64,000 nt of DNA. Source: an uncultured Syntrophobacterales bacterium. Its GTDB lineage: Bacteria > Desulfobacterota > Binatia > UBA9968 > JAJDTQ01. Position 1 is the first letter of the stretch. Each line of letters opens with the position of its first letter. A program made the translations under genes and the position numbers. The stretch is from assembly GCA_964630405.1 (NCBI GenBank), contig CAZVUC010000017.1, forward strand, positions 48,536 through 112,535, given 5' to 3'. The notes under the pieces were generated by a model that saw nothing but the letters and a program-made list of their open reading frames with translations, did not search any database and had not been told where the DNA came from. Below, one piece after another: positions 21,195 through 28,706 of this stretch.

Positions 21195-22199
21195 CTACTT
21201 GCCGCGCTTCGGCAGAAGCTTCGGCAGGAACTCGTTGGTGTAGACGTCCTCCACCGCCGACTTCTTCGGAAGCTTCATGTGCGTGGTGATGAGGTTGTTG
21301 GTGAATACCATGCGGTCCTTGGTCATTTGGCCGATGCCCGCCTTCATGGCGTGGTCGGACAGCAGCGAGTCCACCGCGATGTCGAAGTGCTTCCGCGCCA
21401 GGTCCGGGCTGATGGCCGGGTTGTGCTTGATGAAGATGTCCACGGCCTCCTGCGGGTTCTCCACCGACCAGGCAATGCCCTTGTAGGTGGCGGTCAGAAA
21501 CCGTTTCACCAGGTCCGGCTTGTTCTTGAGGGTGTCCTCGTGCACCATCAGGCCGTTGCCGTAGGTAGCCATGCCGTGGTCGGCGAACAGCAGGTACAGC
21601 GGCTTCTTGCCGACCTTCGCGGCGGCCGCGTCCAGCGTCGGCTTCTCGGTGTAGAAGATGAGGATGGCATCCACCCGTCCGGCCAGGAGGCTCGGGACGG
21701 TGGCGGGCACCGTCATGTTGATCCACTTGACCTTCTTGTCGTCGAACTTGTTGATGTTGGCGAAGGCCGGGAAGATGACCCGCGCGGCGTTGGCCTCGGG
21801 CGAGCCGATCGTCTTTCCTTCGAGGTCCGCCGGCTTGGTGATCTTGTTCCCCACCAGCGTGGCCAGGGTCTCCAGGGTCTTGTCGTGGACCATGCCCACC
21901 ATCTTGAGCTTGGCGCCCCGCGACCGGCCGGCGATCATGTTGCCCACCGAAGCGAAGCCGAAGTCGTCGGTGCCCGAGGCGATGCGCTTCACGGTGTCGC
22001 CGGAGCCGAAGCCTCGGGTCATCTGCACGTCGAGACCCGCTTCCTTCCAGAACCCCTTGTCGATGCTCACGTAGTACATGGCGTGCTTGCCGTAGGGGAT
22101 CCAGTCCAGCGCGAACTTGACCTTGTCCATGGCCGAGGCGCTGCCGATGCCCGTCACGTACAGCAGAAAAATCGCAAGCGCGATGAATATGCGTTTCAT
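21195..22199 (-). CDS. ABC transporter substrate-binding protein, NMT1/THI5 (NitT/TauT) family
   Basis: Signal peptide MKRIFIALAIFLLYVTGIGSASA followed by KVKFALDWIPYGKHAMYYV, typical of SsuA/TauA/NMT1-like SBPs. Confidence 0.75.
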   Translation of the reverse strand: MKRIFIALAIFLLYVTGIGSASAMDKVKFALDWIPYGKHAMYYVSIDKGFWKEAGLDVQMTRGFGSGDTVKRIASGTDDFGFASVGNMIAGRSRGAKLKMVGMVHDKTLETLATLVGNKITKPADLEGKTIGSPEANAARVIFPAFANINKFDDKKVKWINMTVPATVPSLLAGRVDAILIFYTEKPTLDAAAAKVGKKPLYLLFADHGMATYGNGLMVHEDTLKNKPDLVKRFLTATYKGIAWSVENPQEAVDIFIKHNPAISPDLARKHFDIAVDSLLSDHAMKAGIGQMTKDRMVFTNNLITTHMKLPKKSAVEDVYTNEFLPKLLPKRGK

Positions 22200-22239
22200 T
22201 TCCTGTACCTCCCCGCGTTAGAGCGTGTTTGCAACTACC

Positions 22240-23025
22240 TTACAGATACTGCAGCCCGATGGTCTTTCCCACTTGCCTGACGCATTCGGTGAACTCCGCC
22301 GACAACCGCATCTCCGGGGTCCGGGGCCGCGGCAGCCCTATTTTGATGATGTCGGTGATCCGGCCCGGCCGGGGCGTCATCACCATCACCCGGTCGGCCA
22401 GGAAGACCGCTTCGGGGATCGAATGGGTGATCAGCAGGCTGGTCTTCTTCTTTTCGCTCCAGATGCGCTGAAGCTCCATGTTCATCTCGCCCCGGGTCAT
22501 GGCGTCCAGGGCGCCGAAGGGCTCGTCCAGCAACAGCAGCGAAGGGTCGTGCACCAGTGCCCGGCTGATGGACGCGCGCTGCTGCATGCCGCCGGACAAC
22601 TCCCGCGGGTACTTGTCCTTGAACTCCGTGAGTCCGGTCAGCTCCAGCAACTCCAGGGCCTTGGGATAGTATTCATCCTTGGAAAGGCCGAGTATCTCCA
22701 CCGGCAACAGGACGTTGTCGATGACCGAGCGCCACTGAAACAGCACGGGTGTCTGGAACACGATGCCGGTGCTGGACTTGGGCCCCGTCACCGGCGCGCC
22801 GTTCACCAGCACCTCGCCCCGGGTCTTGTCGAGCAGCCCGGCGATGATCTTCATGATCGTGGTCTTGCCGCAGCCGCTGTGGCCCACCAGGGATATGAAC
22901 TCCTGCTCGTAGACCTCGAACGAGGCGTCCTCGAGCGCCACGATGGGCGCATCCTTGGAAGGATACACCTTGGTGAGGCTCCTGACCTCGATGGCTTTCC
23001 CGTTCGTCATGGACATCGATTCCAA
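22240..23025 (-). CDS. ABC transporter ATP-binding protein (NitT/TauT family)
   Basis: Walker A GHSGCGKTT, signature LSGGMQQR and Walker B LLLDEPFGALD; start is ambiguous among three nearby ATGs. Confidence 0.8.
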   Translation of the reverse strand: MESMSMTNGKAIEVRSLTKVYPSKDAPIVALEDASFEVYEQEFISLVGHSGCGKTTIMKIIAGLLDKTRGEVLVNGAPVTGPKSSTGIVFQTPVLFQWRSVIDNVLLPVEILGLSKDEYYPKALELLELTGLTEFKDKYPRELSGGMQQRASISRALVHDPSLLLLDEPFGALDAMTRGEMNMELQRIWSEKKKTSLLITHSIPEAVFLADRVMVMTPRPGRITDIIKIGLPRPRTPEMRLSAEFTECVRQVGKTIGLQYL

Positions 23026-23076
23026 ACTCGATCCGCCCCGGCCGGCCGGATGTTCTCCATCCGCCGGGAGCCGGCC

Positions 23077-23862
23077 TTACATGCCGAAGCCCGTCATCTC
23101 CTGCTCATCCTCGCCGATGCTCCAAGGGATCAACCACATTTCCAGCAGCACCAGGACGCCGTAAAGGACCAGGCCCAGGGCCGACAGCACGACCAGGGCC
23201 GCGAACATGAACGGCGTATTGACCTCGTAGTTGGCGACCATGACCAGGTACCCGAGGCCGGTGTTGCCGCCGACGAATTCGCCGATGATGGCGCCGATGA
23301 CCGCCAGCGTGATGGCGATCTTGAGGCCGCCGAAGAAGTGTGGCAACGCGTTGGGCAGGCGGACCTTGGAGAAGATCTGCCAGTCCGAGGCCTGGAGCGA
23401 CTTGACCAGGTCCAGCATCTCGGGCTGCACCATGCGCATGCCCTGGACCGTGGTGACGATGATGGGGAACCACGAAACCAGGAACGCGATGAGCACCTTG
23501 GACATTTCGCCGTAACCCACCCAGATCAGCAGCAGCGGCGCGATGGCCACCTTGGGAACGATCTGGGCCACGAGGATCAGCGGGTAGAGAAGATTCTGGA
23601 GCAACCGGGAGTAGACGATCATGATGGCCGAGATCACCCCCAGCACGAGCCCCATGAGGAACCCGTAGATGGTTTCCCGGAAGGTCACGAGGCAGTTCTG
23701 CATGAGGGGAAAGAACTTCTCGATGATGGTCCAGAAAATCTTCGACGGCGCGGGCAGCAGGAACTCGGAGACCGAGAACAACCACACCGACACCTCCCAA
23801 AGCAGCGTGAAGAGGATGAGACTGGAGGTGATGGTGCCGAGCTCCTTGAAACGTTCAACCAT
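23077..23862 (-). CDS. ABC transporter permease (SsuC/TauC-like)
   Basis: Six predicted TMS and an EAA-like loop region; sits upstream of the ATPase and SBP genes, forming an operon. Confidence 0.8.
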   Translation of the reverse strand: MVERFKELGTITSSLILFTLLWEVSVWLFSVSEFLLPAPSKIFWTIIEKFFPLMQNCLVTFRETIYGFLMGLVLGVISAIMIVYSRLLQNLLYPLILVAQIVPKVAIAPLLLIWVGYGEMSKVLIAFLVSWFPIIVTTVQGMRMVQPEMLDLVKSLQASDWQIFSKVRLPNALPHFFGGLKIAITLAVIGAIIGEFVGGNTGLGYLVMVANYEVNTPFMFAALVVLSALGLVLYGVLVLLEMWLIPWSIGEDEQEMTGFGM

Positions 23863-24040
23863 TCATTTTCCCCGCATGGCCGACGGCGCACGCCAATCGT
23901 TCAGGACGCCTTCATACCACAAGTTCCCGCGCAAGAAACCCCTAAATGGAATTTTAGCCCGGCGCCACGCCCATTGCCATGGAGCGCATTTGGCGCTACG
24001 GGTAAGACAGCCATCGAAACGACCCGGGAAAGGACGAACC

Positions 24041-24256
24041 ATGCCGGACAAGGTATCGATCTTCGGGCACGACCACTGAGACTACACCGCGAGTGCCCGG
24101 CGGGACTACTCGGACAGAAACATCCCCATCGAATACATCAACGTGCTGGAGGACGAGGACGGCCTCCGGCGCATGATGGACCTCAACGACGGCAGCCGCG
24201 AGATCCCGGTCATCGTGGAGGACGGCAGGGTCACCGTCGGCTTCGGCGGAAGCTGA
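24041..24256 (+). CDS. Glutaredoxin/NrdH-like protein with in-frame TGA at the redox-active position: putative selenoprotein (U-x-x-T)
   Basis: ATG at 24041 reads MPDKVSIFGHDH-TGA-DYTASARRDYSDRNIPIEYINVLEDEDGLRRMMDLNDGSREIPVIVEDGRVTVGFGGS. It aligns colinearly with the Grx fold (VEIYTKETCPYCHRAKALL...TVPQIFIDAQHIGG), and the TGA at 24077 falls exactly on the first Cys of CPYC. A hairpin lies 11 nt downstream. The ORF is missing from the six-frame track because of the TGA. Confidence 0.6.
24090..24112 (+). promoter_or_regulatory. Candidate bacterial SECIS hairpin
   Basis: CGAGU-G-CCC-GGC-GGG-ACU-ACUCG stem-loop starting 11 nt after the in-frame UGA, with a G-rich apical loop as in bSECIS elements. 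Confidence 0.4.
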
Positions 24257-24366
24257 GCGGTGTAGCGGCCGCGGTCGCGGCCGGGAAATTGACTTGCAGC
24301 GGGGTCATCGGATATTCTCCGTCTTGACCGTCGCGTGATTTCACCCGATCCCCTCGGAGGTTTGCG

Positions 24367-25329
24367 ATGATCAAGCACGTCGTTCTCGTGAAGCTGAAGC
24401 CGGACGCCTCCCCCGATCAAATCGACAGGATGATCGAGGGCTACAACTCCATGAAGGAATCCATCCCGGACCTGCTGAGCTGGTCCATGGGAGCGAACCT
24501 GCGCCGTGACGGCGACTACGACTACGCCATGGTGGCCATCTGCGAGGACGCGGAGAGCCTCCAGCGCTACGTGGACCACCCGGTGCACCGGCAGGTGGCC
24601 CAGGAGGTCGGGCGGCCGATCTTCCAGAGCCGGGAGATCGCCGACTACGAGTTCGACCCCGAGGAGGAGATGTGGGAGCCCCAGGTGCAGGAGGTGTGGA
24701 CCGAGCTGTCGGACACGGTCAAGCCCGCGCACACGGCCCTGGTGGTCATCGACGTGCAGAACGACTTCTGCGCCCCCGGCGGCGCGCGCATGAAGGGCGA
24801 CCTGAGCTTCGTCGAGGCCATGCGCGAGCCGTTGAAGGTGATGGTGGAAGCGGCCCGGGCCGCGGGGGTGCCGGTCATCTACACCCAGACCTCCAACGAC
24901 AACGAGCACGACAACGGCCCGATCCTGGCCCGGCGCGCCCGGGTGGGACTGGCCAATGCCAAGTACACCGTCCCGGGGACCCCGGGATGGGACGTCTGCG
25001 ACTTCGTCGCGCCCGCTCCGGAGGACGTCCGGATCAAGAAGTGGCATCACAGCGGCTTCACCAACCCCAGGATGGACTCCACCCTGGGGCGCCTGGGCAT
25101 CAAGACCTTGCTGTTCACGGGCGCCGCCACCAACGGCTGTGTCGAGGCCACGGTGCGGGACGCGTTCGCACGGGGCTACTACAACGTGGTGCTGGAAGAC
25201 TGCGTGGCGGCCTACGACGCCGACTTGCAGCGCTACTCGCTCAAGAACATGGCCACCCATTTCGCGCTCATCAGCACCAGCCGCGAAGTGCAGCGCACAT
25301 GGGCGGAACAGGGGGCGCTGGCGGGCTGA
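24367..25329 (+). CDS. Fusion protein: N-terminal Dabb (stress-responsive alpha-beta barrel) domain plus C-terminal isochorismatase-family cysteine hydrolase
   Basis: Residues 1-95 MIKHVVLVKLKPDASPDQIDRMIEGYNSMKESIPDLL... match the Dabb fold. The remainder carries the isochorismatase triad context VVIDVQNDF (Asp), KK and LLFTGAATNGCVEATVRDA (Cys). GGAGG RBS. Confidence 0.7.
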   Translation: MIKHVVLVKLKPDASPDQIDRMIEGYNSMKESIPDLLSWSMGANLRRDGDYDYAMVAICEDAESLQRYVDHPVHRQVAQEVGRPIFQSREIADYEFDPEEEMWEPQVQEVWTELSDTVKPAHTALVVIDVQNDFCAPGGARMKGDLSFVEAMREPLKVMVEAARAAGVPVIYTQTSNDNEHDNGPILARRARVGLANAKYTVPGTPGWDVCDFVAPAPEDVRIKKWHHSGFTNPRMDSTLGRLGIKTLLFTGAATNGCVEATVRDAFARGYYNVVLEDCVAAYDADLQRYSLKNMATHFALISTSREVQRTWAEQGALAG

Positions 25330-25411
25330 TACCGTTCCCGGAATTCGCCTTGCGGGTGTATGATTCCGGACAGAGCCGCAACGCCGTACCACGGTCCCAA
25401 AGGAGAACACC

Positions 25412-26233
25412 ATGGCCACAGCCACAGCCGAGAAACTCGACGACACCGTCGAAGCAAGCTTCAACTACATGGTCCACAAGGGCCCCCGGCCCGTCACCAC
25501 GTTCGAAAAGCCCAGCCTCGGCTACCCGCACAAGGACCGGACGTACGAGACCCACACCGCGCTGGTCCGAAACGGGCGCAACCACCCCGAGCTCTCCGTC
25601 GAGCACCACGGTTTCGCCCTGCGGCCCCAGCCCACGAAAATGACCGACTTCTTCGACGAGGACGAGATACGGGCGGTCTACTATCCCGAGATGGAGGCGC
25701 TGATCAAGGAAAACACCGGCGCCTGCCGGGTGCTGATCTTCGACCACACCTTGCGCTCCGGCTACGAGGAGAAAGGCGCCAAGGGACCGGTCCAGAACGT
25801 GCACAACGACTACACCGAGTGGTCCGGCCCGGAGCGGGTGCGGGACCTGCTGCCGGACGAGGCGGAGGAGTTGCTCAAGAAACGTTTCGCCGTGGTCCAG
25901 GTGTGGCGCGGCATGCTGAACCCGGTCCTGCGGGACCCCCTGGCCATGTGCGACGCCCAGAGCATCGCCACCGAGGACCTCATCCCGACCGTGCGGCCGC
26001 ATCCCAACCGGTTGGGCGAGACCTACCACCTGACCTACAGCCCCGACCACCGGTTCTACTACTTCCCGGACATGCAGCCGGACGAGGCCATCGTCTTCAA
26101 GTGCTACGACTCGAAGACGGACGGACGGGCGCGCTTCTCCGCGCATTCCGCCTTCGAGCATCCCGACACCGCGGAGGACGCGCCGCCGCGGGAGAGCATC
26201 GAGATCCGCACCCTGGCGTTCTTCGACGAATAG
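25412..26233 (+). CDS. Hypothetical protein, possibly a CmcJ/NvfI-family oxidoreductase
   Basis: 273 aa soluble protein with AAAGGAGA RBS; the family assignment is from memory of this family's length and conserved blocks (VQNVHNDYT, YYFPDM) and is weak. Confidence 0.35.
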   Translation: MATATAEKLDDTVEASFNYMVHKGPRPVTTFEKPSLGYPHKDRTYETHTALVRNGRNHPELSVEHHGFALRPQPTKMTDFFDEDEIRAVYYPEMEALIKENTGACRVLIFDHTLRSGYEEKGAKGPVQNVHNDYTEWSGPERVRDLLPDEAEELLKKRFAVVQVWRGMLNPVLRDPLAMCDAQSIATEDLIPTVRPHPNRLGETYHLTYSPDHRFYYFPDMQPDEAIVFKCYDSKTDGRARFSAHSAFEHPDTAEDAPPRESIEIRTLAFFDE

Positions 26234-26263
26234 AAATCCGGCGGCGGGCTTGCGCCCGCCGCC

Positions 26264-26641
26264 CTACTCCTCATCGAATCCGCGTTTAAAACGGCGGCGC
26301 CAGTAGGCGTCCAGCGCCTCGTAGAGGCCCGGGTCCGCCTTCTTGTTCTTGACGAACCAGTCCCCCAGGATGTCGATGCTGTGGTCCACGTCCACCACCG
26401 GGTTGGAGGCGAACAGCACCATCTGCGACAGCGCCTTGCGGCTGGCGTTCTTCTCCAAGGCGTTCCCCAGGCCGACGAGGAACACCTCCCGCTGGTCCGT
26501 CCGAAGGCGATTGTAGAGGCTCCAAAGGACCGACGCGGCGCCGTACCGCTCCACGTCATCGGCGGTGTCGCGGTCGAGGCCCAGAGTGATGCGCACGATG
26601 AGCCGCTCGTAGCCTCTTATGTCGTAGTACTCGTACGCCAT
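26264..26641 (-). CDS. Hypothetical protein (125 aa)
   Basis: Clean ORF starting MAYEYYDIRGYERL..., 56 nt downstream of the ThDP enzyme gene on the same strand; no recognisable motif. Confidence 0.45.
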   Translation of the reverse strand: MAYEYYDIRGYERLIVRITLGLDRDTADDVERYGAASVLWSLYNRLRTDQREVFLVGLGNALEKNASRKALSQMVLFASNPVVDVDHSIDILGDWFVKNKKADPGLYEALDAYWRRRFKRGFDEE

Positions 26642-26697
26642 TCGAGGCGAGCTTCGAGATAGCGGTTCCTGTCGAAAGGCTCGGGAACGGCGCTCAC

Positions 26698-28482
26698 TCA
26701 GCGCCGCTGCGTTACCGTATCCACCAGCGCCGGCTTGCCCTGCTTGACCTGTTCGATGGCGCGGTCCAGCGCCGGCCGGAGGTCGTCGGCGTTCTCGATG
26801 GGGCCCTCGCCGTACCAGCCCATGGAGCGGGCCATGGTGGCGAAGTCGGGGTCCGGGCCGCACAGGTCCATGCCGATATGGGCGCGGTTTGGATCGGTGC
26901 CGCGGTTCCGGGCCATGACGATCTGGTGGTTCCAGTCGTTGTAGTAGGCGCGGTTGTTGTACATCACGATGAGCATGGGGATCTCGTACTTGGCGGCGAT
27001 CCACAGGCTGCCGGCGTCGAACATCAGGTCGCCGTCGGGCTGAAGGTCCACCACCAGCCTCCCCTTGCCCCTGTGGGCCAGGGCCACCCCCAGGGAGATA
27101 CCGATCTGCGTGCCGGTTCCCAGCTCACGCCCGCCGTGGCGGTAGGGCTGGTCGAAGTTCCACAGCCGGCGCGCCCAGTCGTGCAGCGTGCCGGAGGTCA
27201 GCACCCAGTCCTCGTCCTTGATGGCGTCCCACACCTCCAGCGCCAGCCGCGGCACGGTCATGGGCACTGCGTCCCAGCGGTCCTCTTTCGCCTGGCGGAG
27301 CCACTCGGCCCGGACCTCGGCGTGGCGCTTGCCCACCTCCTCGGTCCTCTTCGCGATCTGTTCGGCCCGGCCCGGCGTCCCGGCGATGCGTTCCTTCACC
27401 AGCTTCGTCAACGCCGGCGCCGCGGTCACGGGGTCCGCGGTCATGCGCTGGTGGGCGTAGAACGGCCGGGCGTAGGTCATGGCCCACTTGCTGATCTCCG
27501 TGTCGGTGTAGCCGATGTCGATCCAGGTGGCGTCCTCCGGCACCATGCTGACCACGGTGCGGGTGGCGATGTCGCGCACGTGGGTGGGTTTCTCGAAGTC
27601 CGCGATGTCCAGCGTCAGCACCACGTCCGCGTCCTTGTAACAGCCTTCGCTGTCCATGCTCAGGTTCAACGGATGCTCGCTGGGGAAGTTGAGGCGCGAG
27701 TCGCAGTCCCACACCGCCGCTCCGAGGGTCTCGGCCAGCTCCACCACGTGGTCCCAGCCGTGGGGCGGACGGGCGGCGAAGTCGGCCACGATGACCGGGC
27801 GTTTGGCCGCCGCCAGGGTGTCGGCCGCCTTCTCCAGCGCCGTGGGGTCCGCCATGGCCTGCGCGGGCACGTGCACGTTGTCCTCCGGCGGCATGGCCAC
27901 CTCGTGGTCCAGCGCGGCCTCCTGGAGGCCGGCGTCGTAGCACATGTAGATGGGCCCCTGCTTGCCGCTCATCATCACCGCATAGGCCCGGGCAAAGGCG
28001 CCGGGCACGGCGTCGATGGTGGTGGGCTGGGAGTCCCACTTGACGTAGTGGCGGATGGCCTCGCCCTGGACGCTGGCGGAATGGATCCAGTCGATGAAGG
28101 GGCGCCGCTTGGGCTCTTCCATGGGGCCGGTGGCGCCCATGATGAAGATCGGCGCGCGGTCGAGATAGGCGTAGTAGATGCCCATGGGCGCGTGCAGCAG
28201 CCCCACCAGGTTGTGGACGATGGCGATCATCGGCTTGCCGCTGGCGCGGGCGTAGCCGTGGGCGATCTGCACCGCGATCTTCTCGTGGTTGCACAGCATC
28301 ATCGGCGGGTCGTTCTCGCCGTAGTTCACCAGCGAGTCGTGGAGGCCCCGGTAGCTAGCCCCGGGGTTGAGCGCGATGTACTCGAACCCGTAGCGCTTGA
28401 CCATGTCGACGATGACGTCCGACTGCCACTTGCGGTCGGATTTCTTGATCTCGACCGTCTCGATCCTTTCGGCTTTGCTCAT
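26698..28482 (-). CDS. Thiamine-diphosphate-dependent enzyme (acetolactate synthase / benzoylformate decarboxylase superfamily), paralog A
   Basis: N-terminal Pyr domain (ALNPGASYRGLHDSL...NHEKIAVQIAHGYA) and C-terminal PP domain with ThDP motif GTGTQIG...DLQPDGDLMFD...NN; about 90-aa charged helical insertion; GAGGA RBS. Confidence 0.8.
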   Translation of the reverse strand: MSKAERIETVEIKKSDRKWQSDVIVDMVKRYGFEYIALNPGASYRGLHDSLVNYGENDPPMMLCNHEKIAVQIAHGYARASGKPMIAIVHNLVGLLHAPMGIYYAYLDRAPIFIMGATGPMEEPKRRPFIDWIHSASVQGEAIRHYVKWDSQPTTIDAVPGAFARAYAVMMSGKQGPIYMCYDAGLQEAALDHEVAMPPEDNVHVPAQAMADPTALEKAADTLAAAKRPVIVADFAARPPHGWDHVVELAETLGAAVWDCDSRLNFPSEHPLNLSMDSEGCYKDADVVLTLDIADFEKPTHVRDIATRTVVSMVPEDATWIDIGYTDTEISKWAMTYARPFYAHQRMTADPVTAAPALTKLVKERIAGTPGRAEQIAKRTEEVGKRHAEVRAEWLRQAKEDRWDAVPMTVPRLALEVWDAIKDEDWVLTSGTLHDWARRLWNFDQPYRHGGRELGTGTQIGISLGVALAHRGKGRLVVDLQPDGDLMFDAGSLWIAAKYEIPMLIVMYNNRAYYNDWNHQIVMARNRGTDPNRAHIGMDLCGPDPDFATMARSMGWYGEGPIENADDLRPALDRAIEQVKQGKPALVDTVTQRR

Positions 28483-28522
28483 TTCGTGTTCCTCGGTTTC
28501 AGTTTTCGGCCCGACCCCCAAT

Positions 28523-28621
28523 CGTCATTCCCGCGAAAGCGGGAATCCAGGGGTGGGGACGGGTGGACGGAATTGCCGCGGCGCCCCGCCCCGCCTGAAT
28601 TCCCGCTTTCGCGGGAATGAC
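28523..28621. repeat. Inverted pair of palindromic units (CGTCATTCCCGCGAAAGCGGGAAT ... ATTCCCGCTTTCGCGGGAATGACG) flanking a 51-bp G-rich spacer
   Basis: Each unit is itself a perfect hairpin of ATTCCC-N8-GGGAAT form (loop GAAA or TTTC); the two copies are reverse complements of each other; lies in the intergenic region between the two ThDP paralogs. Confidence 0.7.
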
Positions 28622-28706
28622 GGAGAGGCCGCGGGACAGGGCGGAGAGGCCACAGGACCTGGACATAACGGGGAGGGGGCTGGACATGACAAGGAACGGC
28701 CAGCCC

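Noticed and set aside
24041-24256. Interpreting the TGA-interrupted glutaredoxin as a simple nonsense-mutated pseudogene
   Set aside because: The TGA is exactly at the catalytic Cys codon, the downstream frame stays intact to a normal stop, and a SECIS-like hairpin follows at the expected distance. Selenoprotein is the better hypothesis, though it is not proven.
24106-25464. 452-aa minus-strand ORF overlapping the selenoprotein candidate and the Dabb-isochorismatase gene
   Set aside because: Antisense GC artefact; the plus-strand frame has two recognisable domains with intact catalytic residues.
28523-28621. Taking the dRS3-like repeat as evidence of neisserial origin
   Set aside because: The GC content (~68%) and gene content are incompatible with Neisseria. 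The similarity is to the ATTCCC-N8-GGGAAT form only.
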